DNA of 64,000 bases from Azolla caroliniana (Eukaryota > Plantae > Polypodiophyta), in NCBI GenBank assembly GCA_043228905.1, contig JBHGNT010000005.1:23126001-23190000 (forward strand), in the 5' to 3' direction. The notes under the pieces are model-generated. The model worked only from the letters and a program-made list of their open reading frames with translations. It made no database searches and was not told the DNA's origin. Below are positions 40,283 through 52,741 of the stretch, piece by piece (positions within the stretch are counted from its first letter, which is position 1; each line of letters begins with the position of its first letter). The translations under genes and the position numbers were made by a program.

Positions 40283-40493
40283 CGAAAAGAGAGAGAGAGA
40301 GAGAGTGTGTGTGTTTTGAGAAATCCGACAGCAAAAAAACCCAAGAGGCAACGTCTCCCCCTCGCCCATGAAAAAAATAAAAATTAAAAAGATAAATTGG
40401 ATAAAAAAATTAAAAAAAGTAAATGAAAAATTAAAGTCCCGAAGATCTTTGTATGTATCCTGGCCTGGTTTCTAGAAACTTCGAATCAAATGA

Positions 40494-40535
<42 letters not shown>

Positions 40536-40575
40536 CTTCCTGCGGATAAACCCTCGCTCACTCAACTCACACATA

Positions 40576-40612
<37 letters not shown>

Positions 40613-40657
40613 ACTGAAACGTTTCTACGTTCGTGCCTGCAGAATACACTCTCACCC

Positions 40658-40710
40658 ATGGCTATGGCTTCTCTTAGCGTCTCCACCATCTCTGCGTCAT
40701 CTCAGGTAAG

Positions 40711-40749
<39 letters not shown>

Positions 40750-40898
40750 GGAATAGATATGGATGGCTTCCCTTAAGAGTCTCCACCATCGCTGCATCAT
40801 ATCAAGTTCTCTCTCTCCCTCTCTCTCCCTCTCTCTCTTTGTTTGGCTATGGATTTTCTCAGCGTCTTCCTCATTGCTCCGTCATCTGAAGTAAACAA

Positions 40899-40946
<48 letters not shown>

Positions 40947-43900
40947 TACGCGACCTTTGTTTCTGAATGCTTTCTTTTGAGTTTGAATGCCTGCGTATGA
41001 TCATCTCTCTCTCTCTCTCTCCGCTTTCCCTTTCGCTTTGTCTTTTACCCCTCTCTCTTTGTGTTCTTAACATTCTCGTAATATGCTAAGAAAAATCCTT
41101 GTACAATTGTTGTCTATTGCATCTCTCTCTGTCTCTCTGTCTCTCTGTCTAACAGGTTTGTTTAAGTGTGAACCTCTGCTTATGTTTGATTATTTAAAGC
41201 TTATTCAAATTGTTAGACTTGTGTGTATGTGTGCCTTTATCTGCTTCCCGCATGTATGTTGAGTCTGAAAATGTGAGCTTTTCTTTTTGTAGTTAAACAT
41301 TCCTTAATTTTTGTTTGAATATTTGTTCTTTTTCTTCTATAAAGTAAACTTGGATATTTATTATAGTTGTTCTCTCTACCTCTGTATTTCTCTAATCTTT
41401 ATTCTTTCTGTTTATTGTAACTGTTATATGTATCTCTATCTTTCCGTTTCCTTCATTTTCCTCGTCTGAAAAAAAATTGCTTTTGCTTTTTGAAAGCTGT
41501 CTGGACCACGGGCTATCAAAGCGTCTTGCATGCTATCAAAGCGTCTTTTCCACAGAAGCCCTATCTTTGGCCAGTTCATGCAGCATAATGCACGGAGAAA
41601 TTCAGCTCTTTACAAGTCAAAGTCAAAGCCAAAGCCACATACATTGTTCAGATGCGAGGCTGTGGTTGCTGAAGTAGAAGAGACAGAGACTCCTTCTGAG
41701 AAATTTGAATATCAAGCTGAGGTAAGTGACAGTTATATGAGAAATCCTAAGCTTTCCATAAAGCTATAAATTTCATCTACAATTTGTTCATATCTATGGG
41801 ATTCGAAGGTTTCTCCCAATGCTTATCTTGCATCTATCATGTAATCATGTTGGATTTCGGACTCCTTACTGTGAAAACTATCGTTTAATCTTTCACATGA
41901 TCTGTGTGCACTTCTACCGCCAGTAAAGCTATCTCCCATTTATATATGAATGTACAATTCTAAATATGTAACAAGAATACCTGTCATCCAGCCATATGTG
42001 TAATTCTAAGGATTCAACAAAGCTATCTTTCATCTATCATATTGTAACTTGTATGTGATTTTGCTGTTCTAAGGATTCCACAAGCCTGTATTTCATCTAT
42101 CCTTTTATTATATGCACAATAAGGATTCTACAAAGCTAATCTTCATTTCAAATTATATTCCATGTTCAATTATGAGGCTTCTGCACTATATCTTTCATTA
42201 CTCATAATGAACCATATGTGGATTTGACAGGTTAGCCGCCTACTTGACCTCATTGTTCATAGTTTGTACAGTCACAAGGAAGTTTTTCTTCGGGAACTTG
42301 TCAGGTATGTAAGTGTTCTGAGCTGAATGGGACTGGAGACGGTTTCTATTCTACCGGTGGATTTACCATTATTCTCTCTTTGTTATTGGCAGCAATGCAA
42401 GCGATGCTTTGGACAAGTTGAGATTTTTAAGTGTTACAGACAACAGCATGCTAGCTGAAAATTCAGAATTGGAAATAAGAATCAAACCTGATCCTGACAA
42501 TGGAACTATTACAATAACGTAATAATCGACTTTGCTTGGGATGATCTATATCTTTGGATTTAATGTGTCTTTATGAGTTAATTTATGAGATATGCCTCTT
42601 TTTCTTGATTCAAATAAGAGAATCAGATTTGACCCATTCGTAATTTTTTGTTAGATATGTAATTTGTGGCTAACCAATGGTATCCTGCCTGCATTGGGTC
42701 ATTTCTTTTCAATGATTCCAGAGACACAGGAGTGGGCATGACCAAACAGGAATTAGTTGATAGTTTGGGGACAATTGCACAGAGTGGCACAGCCAAGTTT
42801 CTTAAGGCATTAAAGGTACGTGATGTTGAAGTGTGTAACCGTTAATCCTTTAATGACAAAATGACTTAAATGGAATTAATATGTTTTGTCAACAGGATAA
42901 CAAGGAGGCCGGTGACAATAATTTGATTGGTCAATTTGGGGTTGGGTTTTATTCTGCCTTCCTAGTCTGTGAAAAGGTAGATGTGGATGTCTTCTCATAA
43001 TCAAATTTTTTTCTCTTTGTGCATTTGTTTAAAATGGTTTTCTACTTTCAGAATAAATTGTTTCATTCTTTGTTGAGCTTTAGTATTGCACTTGTTCTTT
43101 AAAAAAGGTGTCCATTAATTGATTCTTTGAAAATTTCACATTTCTTCCCGTATATTTTTGACCCACTATCTCAACATATAATGTTTCCAGGTGGTAGTTT
43201 CAACAAAGAGTCCCAAATCTGACAGACAGTATGTTTGGGAGGGAGAGGCTGATAGTAGCTCTTATGTGATTAGGGAAGAGACCAATCCAGAGAAATTGTT
43301 GCAAAGAGGCACATCAATAACTTTATACTTGAAGGTAATAAATAGGAATCACAGCGTGTTCCCCATTCACAATTAAAGTGTATTCACCAGCACATGATGT
43401 TTATATATGCAGCCAGATGAAGCTTTTGAATATTCTGATCCAGTGCGCATTAAAGAACTTGTGAAAAGCTATTCCCAGTTCATTTCGTTTCCTATATACA
43501 CATGGGTTGAAAAGTCAAGGACAGTTGAGGTATGCTGGTTCATGTGAGCCCTTTCAGTGAGACTTATGTATTTGTAGGTCAAGCTCATGTAATACTCTGT
43601 GAACAAACTTTTGAAGGACACCAGCTCTGTGGTGGAAGAGGATGGAACAAAAGAAACAAGTGATGAACCAAAGGTAAATGAAGTTAAATTTGTTTCAAAA
43701 ACATTAGGTCGTGCTATATTGCTCATTATATGATATATGATACCAGGAAGGGGAAAAGAAAACAAAGACAGAGAAATTTTTTGACTGGGAATTGGCAAAT
43801 GAAACAAAGCCAATCTGGGTATGTCTAATTATTTGTATCCGTGCCTATGCTCCATGGTGATCCTTCTTTTTGCTGGAACTCTCTCAATGATGAGTATTTA

Positions 43901-46900
43901 CTCTCATGGTTCTTGAAATCCTTTATGAGTACAGATGCGTAATTCCAAGGAGGTGGAGAAGCAGGAATATGATGCATTTTATAAAAGCACATTCAATGAA
44001 TACTTGGAACCATTGGCTTACACACATTTCACAACTGAGGTACTTTCTGGAATAATTAGCAAACATTAGCTAGTTGTTGTATGTAGTTGCCCAAGGTAAT
44101 TTTTAGTTGCTATAAATTGATAGTAATTTATAGTTGCTAAAGGTCCTATGCCTTGTGTAACAATGACACGGCACAATTCTGAGAAGCAACTTGATTGTCC
44201 CTAATCCTTGTAAGGAAATTTTAGATTTTTCCTTTGTTTCTAGTAATAACTAAAAGATGCAGATTGGAATGGAAAATCTTGCTCAAAACTTCAAAATGTA
44301 TGATGAAAAGAATGGAAATTTTAATTTGTCCATGAAGGTTTACTGTACATGTGCATGATATGTAAATAACACACCACAATCAGTGCTTGGCCGATTTGTA
44401 TGGATTTTTTGTACTCATTACTATTATTTTTCTTATTTATTAATGACCACAAAATGAGTATGGAAAATGTGGTGTTAATTTTCAATCTGTAACATGACAT
44501 GTATAGAACCCTCGAAAAGGAATGTGATTGCTGCTTAGTAGTAACTAGGTGCTGATGTACGTGAATTTGATGTTTCCTTTTCCAGGGAGAAGTTGAATTT
44601 AGGAGTTTATTGTATATTCCGGGAATGGCTCCTTTCAATGCGGAAGAGATGTACAGCAATAATGCAAAAAACATTCGTTTATATGTGAAGCGAGTTTTTA
44701 TTTCTGCTGATTTTGACGGGGAACTGGTAGGTTTCAGAAATAACTTGTTATAATTTGTTGCTATTTCACCGTCTAAACGAGGGCTCTCCTTGTTATGCTG
44801 CAGTTGCCTCGCTACCTCAGTTTTGTTAAAGGTGTTGTGGATTCAAATGACTTGCCATTAAATGTTTCAAGAGAAATTCTACAAGAAAGCAGAATTGTAA
44901 GTGTTTTAGCTGTCATATCATAGTTAAGAACTGTTTGTGAAACAAAATGGCTGATGATGAATTATTGTACAGGTGAGAATCATGAAAAAACGCCTTGTTA
45001 GGAAAATATTTGACATGTGTCAAGAGATTGCTGATAGAGAGGATAAAGAAGTAAGTATCACGGAATGTCATTGTGAATCTGCTATTCTCCAGTTTATTAT
45101 GAAGGTGATGAGGGATGATGAAATGAAGTTGATTGTGCTTATATGATGAAACGACTCGTAATTGCAGGCCTATAAAAACTTTTGGAACAATTTTGGCAGA
45201 AGTATAAAATTGGGTTGTATTGAGGATTCTGCTAACCACAAAAGATTGACTCCACTTCTACGATTCTTTACCTCAAAGCATGAAGATGAATTGGTTAGTC
45301 TGAAAGATTATGTGGCTAACATGAAAGAAGGTCAGAATGCTATCTATTATTTTGCAGCAGATAGTATTAAGAGTGCTAAAAGTGCACCTTTTCTAGAGGC
45401 ACTTTCAAAGAAAGATTTTGAGGTACTTCTTGACAATGGTATCACATTATCTCTTGCTTAGATTGGGGAACCACTCATATGAAGTTGTTTTGCTACCTCT
45501 TTAGGTTCTTTTTCTGATTGAGCCCATTGATGAAGTTGCCATAACAAATCTTCAAGAATATGAGGGGACGAAATTTGTTGACATCAGCAAAGAAGATTTG
45601 GATCTTGGTAATGCATAAACGAGAAAGTTAATTTGAAAAGTTTGAGGTGTTTCTCTTCATTGTATAACGTTGATGATTGTCTATTTATCTCTGAATGAAG
45701 GTGGAGACGACGAAGTTGAAGATAGAGAAAAGGAGAAGGAATTTCAGCTTCTTTGTGATTGGATGAAGCAAATATTGGGCGATAAAGTGGCCAAAGTTCA
45801 AGTTTCAAAGCGTATAAACACGTCTCCATGTGTGCTTGTTTCTGGAAAGTTTGGTTGGTCTGCTAATATGGAAAGGTATTTTCTCTCTTTGCTATAACCA
45901 TCGCCCTCCGTGTGAAGAGGTTTCAACCTCATTGAGGGGATGGGATGATGTCTCCCTCTGATGAAAGAATCATTTTTGCGATGGGATCAATCCAGCATGT
46001 CAGACCTGTTTCCAGCTTCAGTTAGTGGAGCTGGATAAACCTGTTGCGATCTTAGCAAATATGAAGGACATGGCATGCCTAAGCCACCATGTGATAATCT
46101 TATTATCCATGATATTTACATGCCATGCCCTTCATATATGTGTATATAATGCTTTCATCACTTCGTGCTTTCTTATAATCTAGGGATACCTACAGTGGGT
46201 CTCTATCTTGCTATATTGTTGCCTCCATGACACAATACCAGGTGTGGATCCACTAATGAGGGAAATAACTGTCAGTGTGGCTGAGATGGAATGAATAGGC
46301 CTAGGTGATGTGATACTCTTAAGAAAAGATTGAGAAAAGTGATGATACGTGGTCGTGTCATTGGGAGTTAGTCATGACTTCCTTTCATTTTCTTGATTCT
46401 TCGAAATGTCTAACCAAAACCAATCTCGTTTTTTTTCACCACCACTCATCCCATACATGGTACTCATGATTTATATGTCTATATAATCATCTCAAAAGTT
46501 GTTGCTAACAGCTTGTATTTTGTTTCTGTACGAGTAACTTGGATGCACCTATGTGATCAATAGGCCAAAGTCGGCCTCTATATGTCAATTAAATGTGTTT
46601 GTTTGCATATAGGTTCATATTATTGGGTATTTTATTTCAGAATAATGAAAGCTCAAACTTTGGGAGATGATTCAACCATGGAGTTCATGAGGGGTCGACG
46701 GGTCCTGGAAATAAATCCTGACCACCCTATCATTAAAGACCTTAATGTGAGTATATTTCCTTATTTTTAAAAACTGAAACAAATTAGTTGGTTATCCACT
46801 AATATTCATTATATTTTGTAGTTTGCATGTAAAGATACACCATCAAGTCCCCGAGCGCAGAAGATTGTTGATGTTCTACATGAGACTGCTCTTTTATCAA

Positions 46901-47208
46901 GTGGATTTTTCGTAAGCTACCTCTATCTGTATTCTAATATACTTAGTTTTATTTCTGTTATATATATATCCTATGCTTAATTTGTGTTGTAATATCTAAC
47001 TCAGCCTGAGAACCCGGGCGAGTATGGTGGGAAGGTGTTTGAGGTGTTGGGATTAGCAATGGCTAATTCTAGTCTGGAACAAGAGGAACCCTCAGAGATA
47101 TCATCTACCAATGAATCAAAGATAATTGAAGACGCAGAGATTGTTGAACCGGAGGTAGAGGTTGTTGAGCCATCTGAAGTTAAATCTGAAAGCGATCCAT
47201 GGAATTAG
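40658..47208 (+). CDS. HSP90C: Plastid-type heat shock protein 90 (HSP90C / HSP90-5 family), multi-exon
   Basis: Exon 1 40658-40705, exon 2 41497-41721; Ser-rich transit peptide ending RCEAVVAE; [91 protein letters not shown]; C-terminal DPWN stop at 47206-47208. Confidence 0.93.
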
Positions 47209-49237
47209 AGTGGTTTAAATTTTTAAACATAACCACTCTCTCTGTGGAGCAACAACTGCAGCAGCCCTTCATTGTTTTTGCGCCTACTTCTGAGTGGTGG
47301 CTGCAGTAAGTTACAGTAGATTTTCTTTGCGGCAGTAGTACTAGATATTTTTCCTGTTAGATAGGAAAATGTGAGGTAATGAAATCAGTGTTGATTTCTG
47401 CATAGAGATTTCTTCTACACGGGAAATGAAAGATGATGGAAAGCAAATCAGTGTTTGATTTCGTCCATCCAATTTATGAGCCTTTTATTCATTACATCCA
47501 ATTAAATGGTTCTTTGAAGTTACGAAACATGTACAAAATGTTACAATTGATTGGTTCATTATTTGGTGGAATTTGAATGATACTGCTGATATTGTTAGTG
47601 CATGAGTGGAATCTGTGATGGGGCATATTTTTCACCTTTTTGTGATGTACTTGCTCGCTTGGCAAAATGGAATGCTGATGATTTCATTCCATGGACTAAG
47701 TAAGATGGTGTGCCACTTATGTACTTCCACTATAAAGCAAGGAATGGATAGTTTCTTTTTCCTGATACCAAGTTCTTCCATTATGAGGCAAAGAGAGTAG
47801 TATATTCCCTTGAAGTTGAATTATTGACCCAAGTGCTTTGTTTGTGATCATGTTCAACCCATGAATTGAATTTTTGTTCCACAACATTATTATATAACTT
47901 GGCATAACCTAGCAATAATAGTTTAATAGTTAGATACCAAAATTTTATCTGCTCATTGGAAAACCTTGTTTAATCTGATTCATGTGTCAATCTTTTGGGA
48001 AACCTTGTCTGGTAGCGTGATCCATAACAATCACCATCTATTTGAGAGTTTGTGGTCTTGTTCATTTCAATAGCTTGTTTGTCATAAAGTTACTTCTATT
48101 TCTTTGTTATTTGACATTTTTCTTCCCTTTTATTAACATCTTTGTGGTCTTGACCATCTCAAAAGCTTGTTTGTCATTGAAGTATCTTTGATAAACAAAT
48201 GTGTTTTATTTATGGTGTTTCCATACTGTTATAAACATATCCATCATGCATGCTTATTATGTAAACATTGTTCCATCTCTTCATCAGTGAGTTCTTCGAT
48301 TATATCTCCCTTTCTATCTTTGAGTTTTATCCTTGCTAACCTTGGTTGGAGTTTAAACATTTATGATAGCTTGCTTTCTTGTATTTGATAATATTGTCTC
48401 TTCTTTCTCATTGCCATTCTTCAGTATTTATATAAAGACATTAGGACTTCATTTTTATCATTTGCAAGCTTGAACATTGTGAGATAAGCCTTGCATTTCA
48501 TTAAAATCAAGCATTACATAAGAAAACTAAACAAAGCATTGAAATATTGATATTATACCTTGAGAGTGACATTCTTCAACCGCTCCCAATTACTTTCAAA
48601 TATTTATCAAGGGAGAGTTCGGGACATGGCTTTCAACCTCATTTGCATATAGATTTAACTATTTTATAACAAGGGTAACTTAATGTGCCTTGTTTCCTTT
48701 TGATCTGTAATGTAATGGTCAATATGTGAGTTGTGGTTGCAATGTGCAAGTATAAAAGCTTGTGGTCTTCAGTCAAGTGACTGCACTATCATTTTATTAG
48801 AGCCACTTTGGCCACTTGCGTGAACTAATTAAAAGTCTCCATGGGTGACTCCTTGGAGCCCTAAACCCCCCCAAAATATATAGGCTCACCATTATCAAGA
48901 CTCCTTGGAACAAGTGATGTATGGTGTAGCCAACCATTATCAAGACTTAGAAAAAGAATTAAAGTTTGAGTTTTCCCCATCCAAGCATTTAATTTAGAGC
49001 ATTTCAAGTCCCTCTTAAAATCAAATAATCCACTTTGCCCCTTCCATTTCTTCCACTTAGCTAAGTGTGCATACACATGGTATCCACAGCCACATTATGT
49101 TGACATCCATCCCATGTGACCACGGCGATATATATCTACCATGCTTCACACCTTGTAAGTATATATGCACACAAAATCAAATTGTAATAATTAGCCTCCA
49201 CTATCATCCAGATCATTAGCAACATCAACAATCATTG

Positions 49238-51694
49238 TCATGATCTTAAATCAACCACTTCATTGAAACAAGTTGTGGCTAGGTTTTTGTTGTTGTACAC
49301 TCTGCAGCTACTAAGCAATGATCGCCATGTGACAGTATCAGGCAGCTTCTCTAAGGTCAAGAGAAGGTCGTTTGCATTATCCAACCGTCCAGAACGTGCC
49401 AAGAGATCCAGTATGCAACTATAATGTTCATGAGTTGGAGAAATTTCATAGTCTTGTACCATAGACCAGAAGAACTGAAATCCTTCTTGTATACAACCTC
49501 CTTGACTACATGCGGCAAGAATGCTCATGAACATAACATCATTCGGTTGGATGCCTTGTTGTTGCATAGTTTCTAAGCAGAATCTAACCCATGTAAAGTT
49601 ACATTGAGAAGCATAACCAGCGACTAATGCACCCCAAGCAGCTGCATCACATGTCGATGATCGATCAAATACTTTTTGTGCATCCTCTATACTTCCAGAT
49701 TTAGCATACATATCAAGGAGGTTACACGCTAACACAGCATCTACCTCGAACCTACTTTGAAGTAATATATGTGTGTGGATCCATTTTCCCCAATCTAATG
49801 CCCCCATTATGCTACATGCTTTCAAACTACACATCAAGGTCATTTTGTCAGGTTTTAGGCCTTTCTTTTGCATTTCAATGAAAAGTCGAAAAGCCGGAAG
49901 GCCATGACCTTGATTAAGATAACCCATCATCATTGTTCCCCACGTTACTACATCATGATTAGGTAGGGAATCGAATGATGTCCTTGCATCATCAAGGTTC
50001 CCACATTTTACATACAAATCAATAATTGTACTCCCAATCGCATCATCTAAGATGAAATCATTTTCCACGATGTGAAAATGTATCGATCTTGCAAGTTCTA
50101 GATTTTTTATCATGCTGCATGCCTTCAAAGCACCCAAGTAAACAACTTCATTTATTGGCAACTCATCCATCAACATTTCTGCAAATAAACTCATAGCACA
50201 AAATGCATCATTTTGTAGTAAATGCCCAGTAATCAATGCACCCCACGATACACTGTCTCTTGCATGCATCTTATCAAACACATTGTGTGCCTCCTTTAGG
50301 CTACCACATTTGGCATACATATCTAAAAGCATATTTGCAACAGTTGGATCTGACTCCATTTCATTCTTGACAACTTGAATGTGTAACAATCTCCCCTCAT
50401 ATAAGTCTCCTATGTTACAAAATGCTTTTAATAAAGAAAGAAACATTGTCTTGCTTGGATGTATGTTTTCTTCTTCTTGCACTGACATTCTCCCAAATAG
50501 TTCAAGGGCTGCATAGCCATGGCCATTCTGAGCATAGCCACCAATCATTGCTCCCCATGATATAGGATCCCGATGCTTTAAGGCATCAAAAATTTTCTTT
50601 GCATCTTCAAGTTTTCCACATTTGGCATAGAAGTCTATAATGCTACTTCCCAAGACAGTATCTTCATCAAATCCATGTTTGATTATCTCATCGTGCATTG
50701 ACCTTCCTTCCTCGATCCCTCTTAAGCCTAACCCTGCACAAGCTTTCACTGCAGCTGAATATGCAACTTTACCTGGTTGTATATCTCTTACCTTCATTTC
50801 ATTGAAAAGTTCAAGTGAATGTTCACCGTGACCTTTTTGGGTATATCCAACAATCATTGCACTCCACGCCACTATATCTTTGACTGGAAGACTATCAAAG
50901 ACTTTGTGGGCATCTTCCAAGCTATCACATTTAGAGTACATATCCACAAGGGTACTTCCAAGGACACAATCACTCTCAAATCCACTTTTTGTGATTTCAC
51001 CATGCAGTCCGTGACCTCTCTTGATTGCCCCTATGCTACTACATGCCTTTAAAGCACATAAGTATGTGACCCGACTAGGTTCTACACCTTCATCTTTCAT
51101 TGAATCAAAAAGTTCAAGCGTACGAATAGAAAGACCATTCACAGAATATCCTGTGAGAATTACGCCCCAAGAGACTACGTTCCTATCAGAGAGCCGATCG
51201 AATACATTCTGAGCATCATCCATGGCTCCACATTTGGCATACATATTAACCAATGTATTACCAACCACCACACATGGATCGTGAATAGTTGCTAGGACAT
51301 GTTCATGTATAATCATTCCCTCATTGATGTCACCTGAATTGCTACAAGCCTTGAGAACACATAAGAAGGTAACTGGATCAGGCATAGCAACACCATCCAC
51401 ATGCATCAAACGATACATACAAAGAACATCACTAGTTTCTCCGTGTTGTTCATGGGCCGATAACATTGCATTCCATGTAAAGACAGTAGGATAAGAAACA
51501 TCTCGGAAAATCTCATTTGCTTCATCTAAACTACCGCACACAGCAAAGAGGCGAATCAATTGATCACATAATACCGTAACTGAATTGAACCCATTTCTAT
51601 TCATAAGGGATCGTATTCTTCTAACATCATGCAAATGTCTTTTCTTGTTGCATTCCCTGAGAATACAATAAATAGCATCCCTTGATACATACAT
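49238..51694 (-). CDS. PLS-class pentatricopeptide repeat protein (818 aa) with truncated E region, no DYW
   Basis: Intronless ORF with repeated P-L-S triplets (WNAM/WGAMIGGY, FLCVLKAC, LVDMYxKCG); ends EHYSCILDLLARSG...WRSLLSSC; an upstream exon cannot be excluded. Confidence 0.93.
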   Translation of the reverse strand: MYVSRDAIYCILRECNKKRHLHDVRRIRSLMNRNGFNSVTVLCDQLIRLFAVCGSLDEANEIFRDVSYPTVFTWNAMLSAHEQHGETSDVLCMYRLMHVDGVAMPDPVTFLCVLKACSNSGDINEGMIIHEHVLATIHDPCVVVGNTLVNMYAKCGAMDDAQNVFDRLSDRNVVSWGVILTGYSVNGLSIRTLELFDSMKDEGVEPSRVTYLCALKACSSIGAIKRGHGLHGEITKSGFESDCVLGSTLVDMYSKCDSLEDAHKVFDSLPVKDIVAWSAMIVGYTQKGHGEHSLELFNEMKVRDIQPGKVAYSAAVKACAGLGLRGIEEGRSMHDEIIKHGFDEDTVLGSSIIDFYAKCGKLEDAKKIFDALKHRDPISWGAMIGGYAQNGHGYAALELFGRMSVQEEENIHPSKTMFLSLLKAFCNIGDLYEGRLLHIQVVKNEMESDPTVANMLLDMYAKCGSLKEAHNVFDKMHARDSVSWGALITGHLLQNDAFCAMSLFAEMLMDELPINEVVYLGALKACSMIKNLELARSIHFHIVENDFILDDAIGSTIIDLYVKCGNLDDARTSFDSLPNHDVVTWGTMMMGYLNQGHGLPAFRLFIEMQKKGLKPDKMTLMCSLKACSIMGALDWGKWIHTHILLQSRFEVDAVLACNLLDMYAKSGSIEDAQKVFDRSSTCDAAAWGALVAGYASQCNFTWVRFCLETMQQQGIQPNDVMFMSILAACSQGGCIQEGFQFFWSMVQDYEISPTHEHYSCILDLLARSGRLDNANDLLLTLEKLPDTVTWRSLLSSCRVYNNKNLATTCFNEVVDLRS

Positions 51695-52741
51695 GCCACT
51701 CTAGTTTTCACAGTATTTTTTCCGCTTTAGTATGCGGCCACAATAGGAAATCAGGAAGAAATAGTACAAATGCACTCGAAATTTGTACAAGACTTATGTA
51801 GCTTTTAGTTCGGATTTTGCCCCATTTATACATATATCTACCTGGCATGTTCAAAAATTCAACAGCCATCAAAGTAAATGAGGGCATCATATAGACAAGC
51901 ACAGATATCTGGTATTCTAGAGAGCCAACTGGCGGCATGTAGCAGAGATCATTCAAGGCAAAAGAGGCCATGCAATAGAACAAATTGTCCTAGTTTCAAA
52001 AGAATACTAGATAATTGTAAAGATAGATGGAACCTACCAGCATTATCATACCAAAGAAACCTCTGTCTGTGCTTCCTTTTCCAAGCCTCCTCAGAATCAA
52101 GAGGTATAATAATACGGATCCCGCTCACCAATGGGCATCAATGCTTTTGCTTGATTTTCAAAAAAGGATGGATGATTCACACAAATCAAGCATTTGACAG
52201 GAATCCATCATGACTAACAAGTTACAACAAACCCACACCTTCCATCATTAGCAAGCAAGACTTCTTTGAGAATTTGTACCCGGCTGCTCGAGGACACAGG
52301 TTTCTCTAGTACCACCGCCCGGACGGACCTCGCCAACCCAACCCCATATGACCCCCCCCCCCTGGCACATGTGTAAGATCGGCCGCCCCAAGCCCTCTCC
52401 ATATCACTTCTGCCCCCCTTGGGAAATTTTGGGTTTTTGTCAGCCATGCTAGAAAGTGCTCGTATTCTGTGATCATCCTGCAATGCACGGTAAATAAGCC
52501 GCCCCAGTAGGTAAAACTAGAAGTCGAAGGAGAGCGAGAAGAAACTCTGGGTTTTCGTCGATCTACTTCGCGACGATTAAGTAAATCCGATTTAGCTCTA
52601 CGAGTCTCCGCTCGGACTTGTTACATAAGATAAACCTCGTAGGAAAGGCCCTCGATTTTAACCATTTGTTTGTTACATGGTTGAGTGGGCGACCCATGTG
52701 GTGTTAACACTAGTTTCCTTGATTATATCCACGGTATCTTT

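Noticed and set aside
40431-41073. ERER- and LSLS-rich ORFs (also 5063, 11101)
   Set aside because: Artefacts of (GA)n/(CT)n repeats.
47850-48750. Possible minus-strand LINE linker remnant between HSP90C and the PPR gene
   Set aside because: Too degenerate; no diagnostic motif recognised.
48700-49237. Shared retroposition tail or TSD downstream of the intact PPR gene
   Set aside because: Looked for the CCATTGGTATTA motif and a T-run; none seen, so the intact gene cannot be linked to the tail system from this window.
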